A stretch of DNA of 64,000 bases from Magallana gigas (Eukaryota). Location: assembly GCF_963853765.1 (NCBI RefSeq), contig NC_088856.1, positions 27,094,001 to 27,158,000 on the forward strand. The letters are read 5' to 3'. Below, one piece after another: positions 42,147-53,846 of this stretch (within the stretch, counting starts at the first letter, position 1; each line of letters starts with the position of its first letter). Position numbers and translations under genes: made by a program. Below the pieces are notes generated by a model that had not been told where the DNA came from, ran no database searches, and saw nothing but the letters and a program-made list of their open reading frames with translations.

Positions 42147-44253
42147 CTCGTCAATTCGTCAATCGTCTGCTGAGTGGAAACACTTTCTGTGTTGTAGGGG
42201 AAATTCCGCTTGGGGTCGCTCACTATTACACTCTCTGATTGGAAAAAAGAGATTTTTAAAGGATGATATAAAGTCATAAGAGTCATAACTCTTTAATGTT
42301 TCCGATCAAACGTAATACAATACACTTAAAATTTTCAAAAAATAGTTGACGTCAATCTTTTCCCAAAATTAAGTTTTAACTACCCGATATATCACGCCGC
42401 CGTCTGTTCAATCCCAATTTATGTTTTATTAAAAGTAAAAACTAGGTAATTCGCAACGTGGTTTTAAAATCAATTTTATTACTTTTAAATCATCTTTTAC
42501 CATTGATCAAGACGGTTACAGATCAAAGTATGTGGTGTTTTTTTAAAATATCTTTTTAAAGCACGATTTATAAATACGTAAAATATTTTATTTGGACATG
42601 GTGTATATTTGTTTGTTTATGCAACGTATTACAAATGAACTTTAAATTGAATTCTTTAAAACTCCTAACCACCTGGTAATCATGACTGGGGCTTTGTTCC
42701 GGCTTTTTATATTTTAATCCATTAATACTTAACTGTAAACGTTAAATTTAAAACTTTCCCTTTTCCTTAGGCTTTAACTTAAGTATTCATATTATGAAAT
42801 AATAAGTGTATTATGAAAATGTATTAACGTTGTTTCACATCAACAAAGGTAATTGAATGATATTTTGCATTAACGTCATTAGTGACGGACTAAATTGAGT
42901 TTTAGTTATTCAATGAGGAAACTCTAGTATATCATGTAATTAACACATATTTTCAATCGTTTGTCAGTCGAAGCAGTTAAATTTAGGTTGTGCTGTAATT
43001 TCGAAAATTCTCACAAACTTAAGTTGTTCATCAAAATTTAATGCACACCAACCAATTTTCAAATAATCAACTTCTCTGCCCAACAATGAAATCAAGACGG
43101 GGGAAAACAACATGCTAGACTTGAGTTCACGGTTTTAAGCTTATAATACTTTAGAATAAACCAAAAAGAAGAATTTCAGAAAAAAGATGCATCCGAAAAT
43201 ATCAAATATCAGCTATTGAAATCCACATCGGTTGTCCGACCCATAATTATTTAAAAATGAAACAAAATGATACTTCTCAACATTTAATCAAGTTTAGTGC
43301 TGTTTTATCAAAAATACTAATTCATATTAAACAACTAATACTAGTAATAATGCTATTGAGAAAAAAATGTACAAACCAAATAGTGTTGTGATCGATCAAG
43401 TAATGATTTAGTCGAGAAAAGGCGTAGTATTTTATCATTCTAATATCCCCACACCTAGAAGGCATGATCTATCTCACTCGTTACCTTTTCCCCCCAAATA
43501 AATATAGGGCTGCCCACATATATACACATATCCATCCCAGTAAAATTTATGGTCTATCGTCAATAGAAGACGCTGAGGAACTGGTCTCTAATTATGCACA
43601 TCAATTACACGGTCATTTGGTGGTCAAGGGGAAATGTTTGGGAGGAAAAGAGAAATCCAGAGATGAATTGGTATGAATAAACTTACAATAGACGTTTGTA
43701 CATGCGTTCAAGAGGTGAAAAGTTAGTTCCAGATGATGTATCATTCCCTCTATCCAATTTGCCAAAGGAGGAGCAAATCTTTTGATTAAATTAGGCGTTC
43801 GCAATTGAAGTTTTTAACTTGAGTCGAAAGGAGAGTATATTATCCAAGTTGTGATCCCTTCGTTTATAAATTGCGTGCAATTGTACATGTACCTTTTATT
43901 TTTTCCTACTCTCTTGCATTTAAGTGAGAAGAACAGACACAACCATTATCCGAAACAGATTTTAAGCAGGTTGCATAGAGTTGATCCAATCATTTGTACG
44001 AGTATTAAGTTATGTAGGAAACTAGTATATATATATAATTTAAGTATGCATAAGAACATGTAAATGTAAACAAATATACTTAACTTGACCTGATTTAGAA
44101 CTAGTGTCTCGTATCGACACTTAAATACTAAGTTTAATAGTATGTACCGGATACGATTTCGTTGGATTTTGCTCATCCTTGTACCTCTATTTCTAAAGAG
44201 TTTACCGAAATTTTTCAATAATTTTGTCCCCCCCCCCCCCACCCGGTCAAAAC

Positions 44254-44255
<2 letters not shown>

Positions 44256-44304
<49 letters not shown>
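44256..44304. repeat. (GA)n microsatellite
   Basis: Direct inspection. Confidence 0.98.
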
Positions 44305-44306
<2 letters not shown>

Positions 44307-47300
44307 GTGGCATCTTATTAGCTGTCAGTCTTCAATTCAGTTTTAATAGGCACAGGAATAGAAGAGGAGCCAATGATGAAAAAAAGTTACTTATGAATTT
44401 CGTGATAAACCCATCATTGGGAGGTTTTATCAGAAGGATAGATCTGTAATTGAAAACTTTCTCCCTCAAGATTTTTATTAAATTTCCAGTCTGACTGCTT
44501 TAGATAAGCAAACGCATATTCTCTACAGGTTTTCCATTGATTTTTGTTAAAATTAGCAACGCATTCCGCGAAACTTTGTGCAATAAAATTTATCAACTGC
44601 ATGCTCTGGAGTTGCTAGAAACTTATTTCTGGGAGTGAAAAACATCAGCAAAGCTTTATACATTTAATGCAGTTTGGTGGTACATAATTAATACAGTGTC
44701 GACTGTACACGTATCAAAGTGCAAAATTCGCTTTTAATTGCCCTCTTTCTCTCTGCTCTAGAAATTCCACTAGTAAATAGCAATTGAAATGATTATATTA
44801 CAAATTTTATATTTTATTTCGCACACAAAGAGGGTTGTATGAAAGATTGAAATGTAGAGCAATGCCTCACGTTTACTTCATGACTGAACCCATTGATGTT
44901 TTTAATTTTGATTCGTATGTGTTTGAACTACTTAAATCAGGGTTTTTTTTTTTTAAATTTTATGTCCTTCAAAAATATCTGAAAATATCATTCTGTTTTT
45001 TTTTAACTTTAATTCAGAGTCTTCTTCTTAATACAAATTCATTGAACATACAGATTTTCTCTTCTAAATATAATTTCGTAAACTATACATGAGAAATTAT
45101 CAATCAATACCAAATGGCCGTTAAAATTGAATATTTGTGAAAGATATAGTATGTTAAGTGCTCTATATCGTTTCCAATAACTTAAATTAAAAATGACCAG
45201 TTAGTCCCTGATGAATGATTCGAATACGATAATGCTCATTACAAATACTAATATCAAAATACATTCCAATCATGTTAAATTATTACAGATTCAGTGTACC
45301 AAACATTTCTCAGTATCAACAAGTAGTTAATTAAAATTAAATGCCAGACATTTTCTTCTCTTTTAGAACAACATAATGTCATTCAAGTACATTAAATCAT
45401 AATATTAAAAGTAACCATTTTTCCTTACCTTGTACATAAGACGAAAATAGCTACTATCCACTTAAAGCTCTTGACAGGTATGCATTAAAAACGCAAATGT
45501 CGATCATTCATTAAAGATGTCTATATATACACCTCCAAGCCCTCGCAATATTTAACTATAGTATACTTAGGATGTGCAAATAATTCGATAACTGACGCGA
45601 AATTAAGGGGGTCGAAAAACTTTATATAATACTTCTAGTGCAAGGACCGCCTTACACACTCAAAAAACGGTGGAAATTCGTTTCCGGTTTTAGCGGTTAA
45701 GAAGAACGCGAACGAAACTCATACTAAGAAAAAGTATATTGTGACCTATAGAAGGAAGGACAGATTTACTACTAATATCACCTGGGGGTACGGATATTTA
45801 AATGTATACTGTATAATCGCCACTTGATCTTCATTATAAAAAAGTTCATAGTTTTTAAATTCAGATCAAATATGAGTCTTTGTAGTCTTGACTTTGAATG
45901 GAATCCTTCCTTAAATAATCTATATAAACACGTTTTACACCTGATTGACTCACTGTCATCATTTACACGATGAATGGCACAGTGCCGGGGTCTTCGCTCG
46001 CTGGAGTGGGCTTGTATATAGTGGGTCGTGGTGACAATGTTTCACATTTTTGTTGTCTTTTTTGTCTTAGTGTAATTGTTCGATGGGTCGTTTACAGATT
46101 AGATCATAGATCTGTGGACAGACTACGGCTGATACAGTATCAGATTGTCTCATACTGAGGAAGAAACTTAAAGGAGCACTGACTCCACTCATGCTTTGTT
46201 TCTTTCCTAAATGAATCACGCCGTTTATCTTATCCAAAATTTCCCAAACTTGAACAATACAATTAATTTTATATTGGGGGGGGGGGGGGGGGGCTCGTTT
46301 TAAATAAAAGAATCTATGATATCAGTTCTTCGTGGTTGTGGGTTTTTCTTGTTGTATTTTCCTTGTAATTTTATCTCCATATCTGACAAGAATATTTGTA
46401 ATGTTATACGTGATGTCTAAGACGTATTGTCCTCTAAGATTTGTGCCTATATTTACATGACTTTATTGAAATAATTGGTCTTAAATTTTTTCTAACCTCA
46501 ATGATTCATGCGATCATGCGATCAAATTAAAATTTTTAGATTTTCGGTAATCCTTTTACATTAAAAAAAATGGAATGGAGAACAGAAGATATAATTTCTG
46601 CCAAAAATAAAAATGCATGATTGTTTAAAAAAAAATTACTGCCTATATACTTCATATTCTAGAGTGTACTTGAGATAAACAACCAGACACTTGTATTTCA
46701 TAATTTTTAATTGTCACTAAATCAGGCACAAGTACATATTCTTGAAAAACTTTTAATTATAGCCATTGTTAAAATCAATACGTATTGTACACATGCACGA
46801 AAAGTATATTTGCCTATGTAGATACAAAATATGCTGTGTACCAACTAAATATTTGAAATTGTTTCAAAATTTATCTTTTGTGGCTGATGTATTTGCAGTC
46901 TATTGAATATTGAAGTTTAAAACAGATGGGTCATATATTTTTCTCTTCAATAAAAAGAAATATGTTGATTACGTGAAAACTATATCATCTTAAATTTCTG
47001 CGCATAAGCACATGTATTCATGTTCAGTTTACTAATATAATTATACAAACTCGTTTTCACGAATGCTTTCGCTATTGATAATTAAATTGATATTAGTTTT
47101 TCAAAATGTTTGCATACGTTAAAATCACACGTTTTTTTTTCCTAAAGTTACAGCATGATCTTCAAGAAATTGTATGTTAATTTCATAGGCGTCGGAACCG
47201 GGGGGGGGGGGGGGGGGGTAGGGCTAGAAACTTTTTTTTTGCTTTGTCAAGATTTCTTATAAGTTTAGCCCTCCGCTTTTCAATTTGCTTCCGACTGAAT

Positions 47301-47990
47301 TGTTTACAAGATCAAAATTGTATTGATTATTGCATTGCGATATATTAATATTGATAATTATTCTATACATCGAAATATATTAAATCATAGTAAATAAATT
47401 CATATCTAATTCATTCAAAATTATTTTCCGTGATTACATTTTATATTACTGATAATTCATTGAGGAATAACATATTGATGTAATGCATTTTTCCCAAACT
47501 CTGATATATTCTAATAGCTATAAAAATATAAATGAAAGCAACTCTTGATATTTAGTACCCTGTAGTTCTATTAATTTGTAAAGAAAGTTCAGCATTACCA
47601 ACATGAGTATTGGCGTAATATACGTAAATTTCAATCATCGTGAGAAGCTTTGTTATGCGATTTTGAAATGGACGAAATTCCAAAACTCAGAACCATTTAC
47701 AGTTGTTTGCACATGAAATGTTTCTATATTTTACCATTCACATCCAATATTTACACATCTCGGCTGTTTTAGAAAAATATTTTACAATTGCATATAGAAG
47801 TGTTTTAGTGTTTTAGTTCATTTCAATTGTTGTTCTTTCAACGTGCTTTTTGTTTTTGTATATTGTTATTTACTCTTTTATATGACCGAGTTGGGCTTTA
47901 TACCATCTGATCTATAGAGCCCTTTTTTGAATTTGTAAAGTATATGCTTTTTTTCTTCTAAAATTGTTTCCTTTATTTATTCTCAATTAA

Positions 47991-49392
47991 TTAATCATGC
48001 CCGATGCATTTTGGAATTTCATTATTAATATACGCCATCAAGTTCATTTTGAGATCGTTGCACTCTCCGGCTATTTGAAAATAGCCTGGTCTACTCTTCC
48101 AGTTCTTGATCCATCCAAGATTATTACAGCTACACTGGATAGGACACCCTGATAAGTCCAGATATTGGGGAGACTTCAGATTTTGAATACCTCGAGGTAT
48201 AACTTCCAATCTCGTCCCAGCTAATTTTACATACCTTAACGCGTTATTCTTCATGAAAGCACTGTCCGAGATATTCCAAAGAGGATTTTCGGACAAGTCA
48301 AGGATATTAAGATTTTTCATGCCATAAAAATCGTCTTCGTGTATGGATGAAATATTACTGCTGGTTATTTGAAGTTGTGTAATGCTATTCACTTTCGAGA
48401 CACACTTTGGAACATGGGACAATTTGGTGTTGTTTATGATCAGGGTTAGGAAATTGTCGCTGAAGTTTGATGTGAACAAGTTTTCATCGAACGAAACGAC
48501 AGGTTCGTCAAAAACTGTGACGCTGTAGAGATGGCTGGCGTTCAGTAGAATATCTGGAAGCTTTGCAAGTCCATTGTTTTGGAAAGTGACCTCTATAAGA
48601 CCCGGTAGACCTTCAGGCATCGATTTATGTATCGCTTCCGCGGTAAGATTGGTATTTCCATCTAGTTTCAGATCCTGGAGATTGTGAAGTTCATTCATCG
48701 AAGACGGAAGTCTTGTCAAATTCGTGTCGTGGATTCCAAGATGTTGCAAAGAGTCCTTGTAGGGAGAGAGAGCGTCTTCTGGAAGACTATTAAAGGATAC
48801 ACCTGAAATGTCAATAGAAGCTAATTTTGTGAGACATTTCAAACTGGTTGGCCATGCTTGGAGTTCACGTGATCCAAAATCTATAAATAGCAAAGATTTC
48901 GAAACGTTTTTCATGACCTCCTGATCTAAATCAGGCAACGGGTTTCCAAATACAGAGAGCGACATTATATTTTGAAGCTTGCCAATGGCTGTTGGCAATG
49001 ACGTCAATTTATTTCCCACCATGTCTAGAAAGATTATCGATTTTTCACTCCCATCGAAGGCTTGATCGTCAATCGTTTCTATTTCATTATTATCAAGTAC
49101 CAACATATGCAACTTGATCCCCATAAATGCATTTCCAGGTATTTGCCTTAATTTATTGTTATTCAAAAATACAGTCCATGAACCGTTTGTCGGCATGATT
49201 TTCGGAATTGATGTTAGATTTAGATTTTTGCAGTACACGGTTGAAGATTTCGAGTCGCATTCACATGGTGGCGGGAGCGGACAAGACAAACAGGAAATGA
49301 TGAACGGAAGAAAAACAAAGATGGATACCGGAAGTGCCTGAAATTTAAATCATAGTACAGCGCAACATCAATATTGCTTCATGTTAATTAGG

Positions 49393-49464
<72 letters not shown>

Positions 49465-49470
49465 CTTCAT
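47991..49470 (-). CDS. Predicted secreted leucine-rich-repeat protein LRR2 (~450 aa)
   Basis: Main exon 47991-49337 (acceptor TTTAAATTTCAG, phase 0; ALPVSIFVFLPFIISCLS signal-like segment). Putative 6-nt first exon 49465-49470 (ATG AAG | GTTCTC). LRRNT, ~14 LRRs, LRRCT; no TM segment; many NxS/T sequons. Confidence 0.88.
49399..49462. repeat. (GA)n microsatellite in the LRR2 intron
   Basis: Direct inspection. Confidence 0.98.
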
Positions 49471-50971
49471 TATCCAGTGGACGATAGTTTGACACTTTTG
49501 CTTTGATAGTACAGAAGTTAAGATTGTAATACATATGAATTACCTGACTTTTCTTATCTCTATCAACATTAGATTCTTACAATCTGACTACATTAGATTA
49601 ATCTTACAATCTTTATACTACTTTTAGCCCTCTTTAACGTTTTGTGACCTGGTAAGAAGTATGTTGCCAGCAGACTCGGGGTGTGTGTATTTTGAGAAAT
49701 CACACTGTTTCCTATGTTTAAATGAGTATAATTTAACCTTTAATTTACAGACATGGGAAAAGATAAAACGTTTTTAAAATAGGGCCCCGAAACATGCAGG
49801 AATTGCTCATCTTGATTTGCATGTCACAAGGTTTTTTTTAAAATTCTGGATTCGAATATGACCTTTATTTCCTCTTATGTAAGAACTATGTAGAACAGGT
49901 CGAGTTGTAGACAATGCGAACGCTATTTTTAATTACAAGAAAATGAGGAGTTGCTATTTATGTAAAATTTATATGTTATAACTTCAGATTGTGTCATTAT
50001 AATTTAAAAAAGGTCTAAATACCGGTATTCAGAAAAAAGAAAAAGTTAACAAATTTATTCAATATTAGTCTATTAAAGACATTGGAGGTGAGGTTTTTAA
50101 TCTTTGATCCGCAATATTAGCTTATTTTCTCAAAAATTCTATAAGTGACTCTTATTTACTATATACAGAAAAGGGCAAATCCAATTATTTGCAAAATGTA
50201 TAGCTTAATACTAGTATCTAAATTTTACACATTTAACACTGATATACTCTGAATAGTGTGAAAATTATAATTTTATATTCACATGTACATTTTTAAGTAA
50301 AAACAACGTGTTTGCAGTTCTCTTCTTTCTGTCTGTAATAAGAATATAACAAAGACAGTGGTACTTTTATGCGAGTGAGTTTTGCATTGCATTTTTATAT
50401 ATACATGTATACAAGAATTATATCCACTGAAAATTTTTAACAAGATAACAAGAAGAAAGATAAAACTGCTTGTGTTTTTAGTTCACTATACATACATGTA
50501 CTTGCATTCAGTACAACGACACAATCAATATCTATTTATTTTCCCAATTAAAAAAAATTAAATTAGAAAAATTAAATTGGAAAATTAGATATACTATACC
50601 GTTATAATGATTTTGGTTCTCTTTAATTTGAATTCCATTTCGCGGAAACCAATAGATTTATTTCCTTTCAATTATTTAGATGTTTTATCGATTCACATAC
50701 TATATTTTAACACCTCGACCCTTTTAAACAAATTGAATATATCAGAGCTGCATTTAGTTTTGATTAGTTCATTTTACGCATGTGCTTCTCTATGCTTACT
50801 TTTTGTGATTTTATACTTAAACATTTACATTTTTCAGTGTCTTTGTCTGTGATAACACTACGAATCGATTGTGTAATACAAGTTCCAATACATGTCATCA
50901 ATTACTAATTTGCAATTGATTATGTAATCGGACAATTGCTGGTAATAATATAAATATAAGTTACATGTAAT

Positions 50972-51111
50972 AATTCTTTAAATATTATGAGGTGATCAAA
51001 TATGCTTGAGCACGATCAAAACTATATATATCATAAAGCCTTTTAGACTTTATTGGATTTGATAACCCCTGAGCGTATCTAATTTGATCACCTCATAATA
51101 CTCAAAGAATT
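50972..51111. mobile_element. ~140-bp foldback MITE just downstream of the LRR3 stop
   Basis: Perfect 19-bp inverted repeat TATTATGAGGTGATCAAAT (50983-51001) / ATTTGATCACCTCATAATA (51082-51100), extended by AATTCTTT / AAAGAATT. Confidence 0.65.
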
Positions 51112-51253
51112 TTTTTTATTCCTTAAATAAAGCAAACTTTGGTTATACCTGCTACCAGATGGTTAATTTACATTTGTGTATTGCATTTGCTTATATTATA
51201 AAAGAATAAAACTTTCCCTGTTACATTTATTCAATGTTTTCTAATATCATACA

Positions 51254-52719
51254 TTAACCGGTGCATTTTGGAATTTCATTTTTTATATAGTCCATCAAGT
51301 CCGTTTTGACATTGTTGCACTTGCCATCTATTTGAAAATTTTCTGGTCTAGTTTTCCAATTCTTGATCCACCCAAGATTGTCACAGCTACACACAATGGG
51401 ACATCCTGATAAACTCAGATATTTTGGCGATTTCAGATTTTGGATACTTCGAGGTATATCTTGCAACCTTGTGTTCCCAAAATGCAAATACTTCAGTGCA
51501 TTGTTCTTTCGAAAAGCATCGTCCGAGACATTCCATATGGGATTTGCTGACAGGTCTAGGGTTAGAAGATTCATCATGCCATAAAAATCGTCTTTCCCTA
51601 TGAATGAAATGTTACTGTTTGTTATTTGAAGCCGGGTAATGCTATTTACTTTGGAGACACACTTTGGAACATGGGACAATTTGGTGTTATTCATGGTGAG
51701 AGACTGGAACTCGCTGCTGAAGTTTGATGTGAACAAGTTGTCATCCAAAGACACAATAGGCTCGTCTAAAACAGTAATGCTGTAGAGTTGGCTGGCGTTC
51801 TGGAAAACGTCTGGAAGCGTTGTCAAACCATTGTTTTGGAAAGTGACTTGTACAAGACCCGGTAGCCCATCAGGCTTCGTCGAATCATTTATTGCCTCTG
51901 CGGTTAGATTAGTGTTTCCATTAAGTTTCAGTTCCTGGAGATGGTAAAGTTTATTCATCGAAGAATAATGAAGCGTTTTCAAAGGTGTATTGTTGATTTC
52001 AAGATATTGCAAAGAGGCCTTAAACGAAGAGAAAGCGTCGCCTGGAAGACTATCAAAGGATGTATTTGTGATGACGAGCATGGATAACTTTGTGAGATAC
52101 TTTAATCCGGTTGGCCATTGTCGGAGCTCACGTGATCCAAAATCAATATAGGTTAATAATTTCGAAATGTTTTTCATGATTTCCTGATCAAAATCGCGCA
52201 GAGGGTTTTTGGATAATGATAGTGCCTGTAGGTTCTGAAGCTTGCCAAAAGCTGTCGGCAATGACGTCAGTTTATTTCCCACTATCTCTAAATCAGTAAT
52301 CGAGTTTTCACTCCCACTGAAGGCTTGGTCTTCAACCGTTTCAATTACATTTTCACTGAGTACCAACGTTTGCAATTTGATTCCTTGAAATGCATTTGCA
52401 GGTATATGCCTCAATCTGTTGTCCAGAAAATTCACACCCCATCCGCCGTAAGGGGTCGGGAAGATTTTTGGAATCGATGTTAGATTTAGACCAACACAGA
52501 GAGCGTTTGGGTACCTGAAGGAACATTGACATGGTGGCGGGAACGGACAAGCAAAACAGGAAATGAGGAGCGGAAGGAGAACGTATGCGTAGATGGGTAC
52601 CGGATGTGCCTGTAATATTAATTTCAATATATATTGTTTAACAACATAGTATACATATAACATATACATGTATTTCATATTTCATATTCTCTGTACATCT
52701 ATTGCTTAAATAAATCTCA

Positions 52720-52786
<67 letters not shown>

Positions 52787-52809
52787 AGAGAGAGAGAATA
52801 TACCTTCAT
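51254..52809 (-). CDS. Predicted secreted leucine-rich-repeat protein LRR3 (~453 aa)
   Basis: Main exon 51254-52609 (acceptor ATATTACAG, phase 0; AHPVPIYAYVLLPLLISCFA). Putative 6-nt first exon 52804-52809 (ATG AAG | GTATAT), at the same position as in LRR2. LRRNT, ~14 LRRs, LRRCT; stop two residues after the last Cys. Close paralog of LRR2. Confidence 0.88.
52722..52797. repeat. (GA)n microsatellite in the LRR3 intron
   Basis: Direct inspection. Confidence 0.98.
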
Positions 52810-53846
52810 ATTCTAAAGTGACCTACATATATTTACTTTTACATACGAATGCTCTATCTTTATCTCGACCAACATTGAATTCTTGCAATCTTGTTTGTCC
52901 TACAATAAGGTCCAACTCTACATTTACATATTTTGTCGCGTAGAAATTTGAAGTAGAAGATCGACACATCGTTATTGAATCAATTGAATATAATGTCATA
53001 CAAGAACATTTTTATTATCAGCAGAGGATACTTTTCCCAAAATCTTGACAAGCCCAACACAAAGTTTGTCATGAAAAATTAAATTAATCCATAGTGGGAG
53101 GGCGTGGTAATTTATCGGTACATCATTTATCATAATCTTAAAAATAAAGTTCCCCCCTTTTATTTTCACGTACTCCTACAAAATGAGTACATGTAAAATG
53201 TCAAGTCTGTCTCGGGGGTTCCTACTCGGTAAGAAATCAAGTTAAGTGCATGCAATCAAACAAATGTGTACCGGTAATTCCTTTTTACTGTGTAACTTCT
53301 CTGTTATAACAATGCAGTAAACGAACCATAGTACATACATATAAATTAAATCATTAATTAAACTAGTGTTGAATTTTGAAGAAAAAAAAAGAAAAAGACA
53401 TATTTTATATAATAGATCAATATGAATTTAGAATCTAAATTTTTGTCGTTATTCAAATTTTAATATTAATAGTAAGGTATAGTTGCGCTCTGAGCATTTT
53501 GTCCACTGAGGATTTCGAGAGGATCCTTATCTCATGGGGTCGGAAAAGAGGATTTCAATATCTGTTTTTGGAGAATGTGAATTAAGCTAAACCTCAGAAT
53601 CCCTCCCCCTTTCCAGCTCCCTACACTGTGACGTAATGATTCATGTGCGTTACTATCTTGACTTAATGCAGATTATCTTTTTTTTTTAAATAACCCAAAA
53701 TTTAATGCCATAAATCAAAAGTTTTCACTCCTCAAGAAAAAACATTTGGATTTAAAACGTATGGTTATATCTACGAACGGGTTAACAACAATTTCTTTCG
53801 GATTTTTCGGTTTTTATTAATAAGGTCAAAGGATGTAAGAAAAACA

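Noticed and set aside
44395-44485. Short frame EFRDKPIIGRFYQK resembling a Polinton integrase C-terminal motif
   Set aside because: Too short, closed by stops, and no other Polinton features nearby.
45950-46025. TATA-like box and GTGAGT donor as a possible non-coding first exon of rostB
   Set aside because: Plausible but cannot be distinguished from background without transcript data.
52610-52678. N-terminal extension MKYMYMLYVYY.. of ORF 51254..52678
   Set aside because: AT-rich sequence upstream of a good acceptor at 52610-52611. The paralog LRR2 has the same acceptor without this open frame, so it is treated as intron.
25537-52809. VLR-like somatic assembly of LRR genes
   Set aside because: All three ORFs are complete germline genes, and I saw no isolated LRR cassettes or incomplete germline gene in the window.
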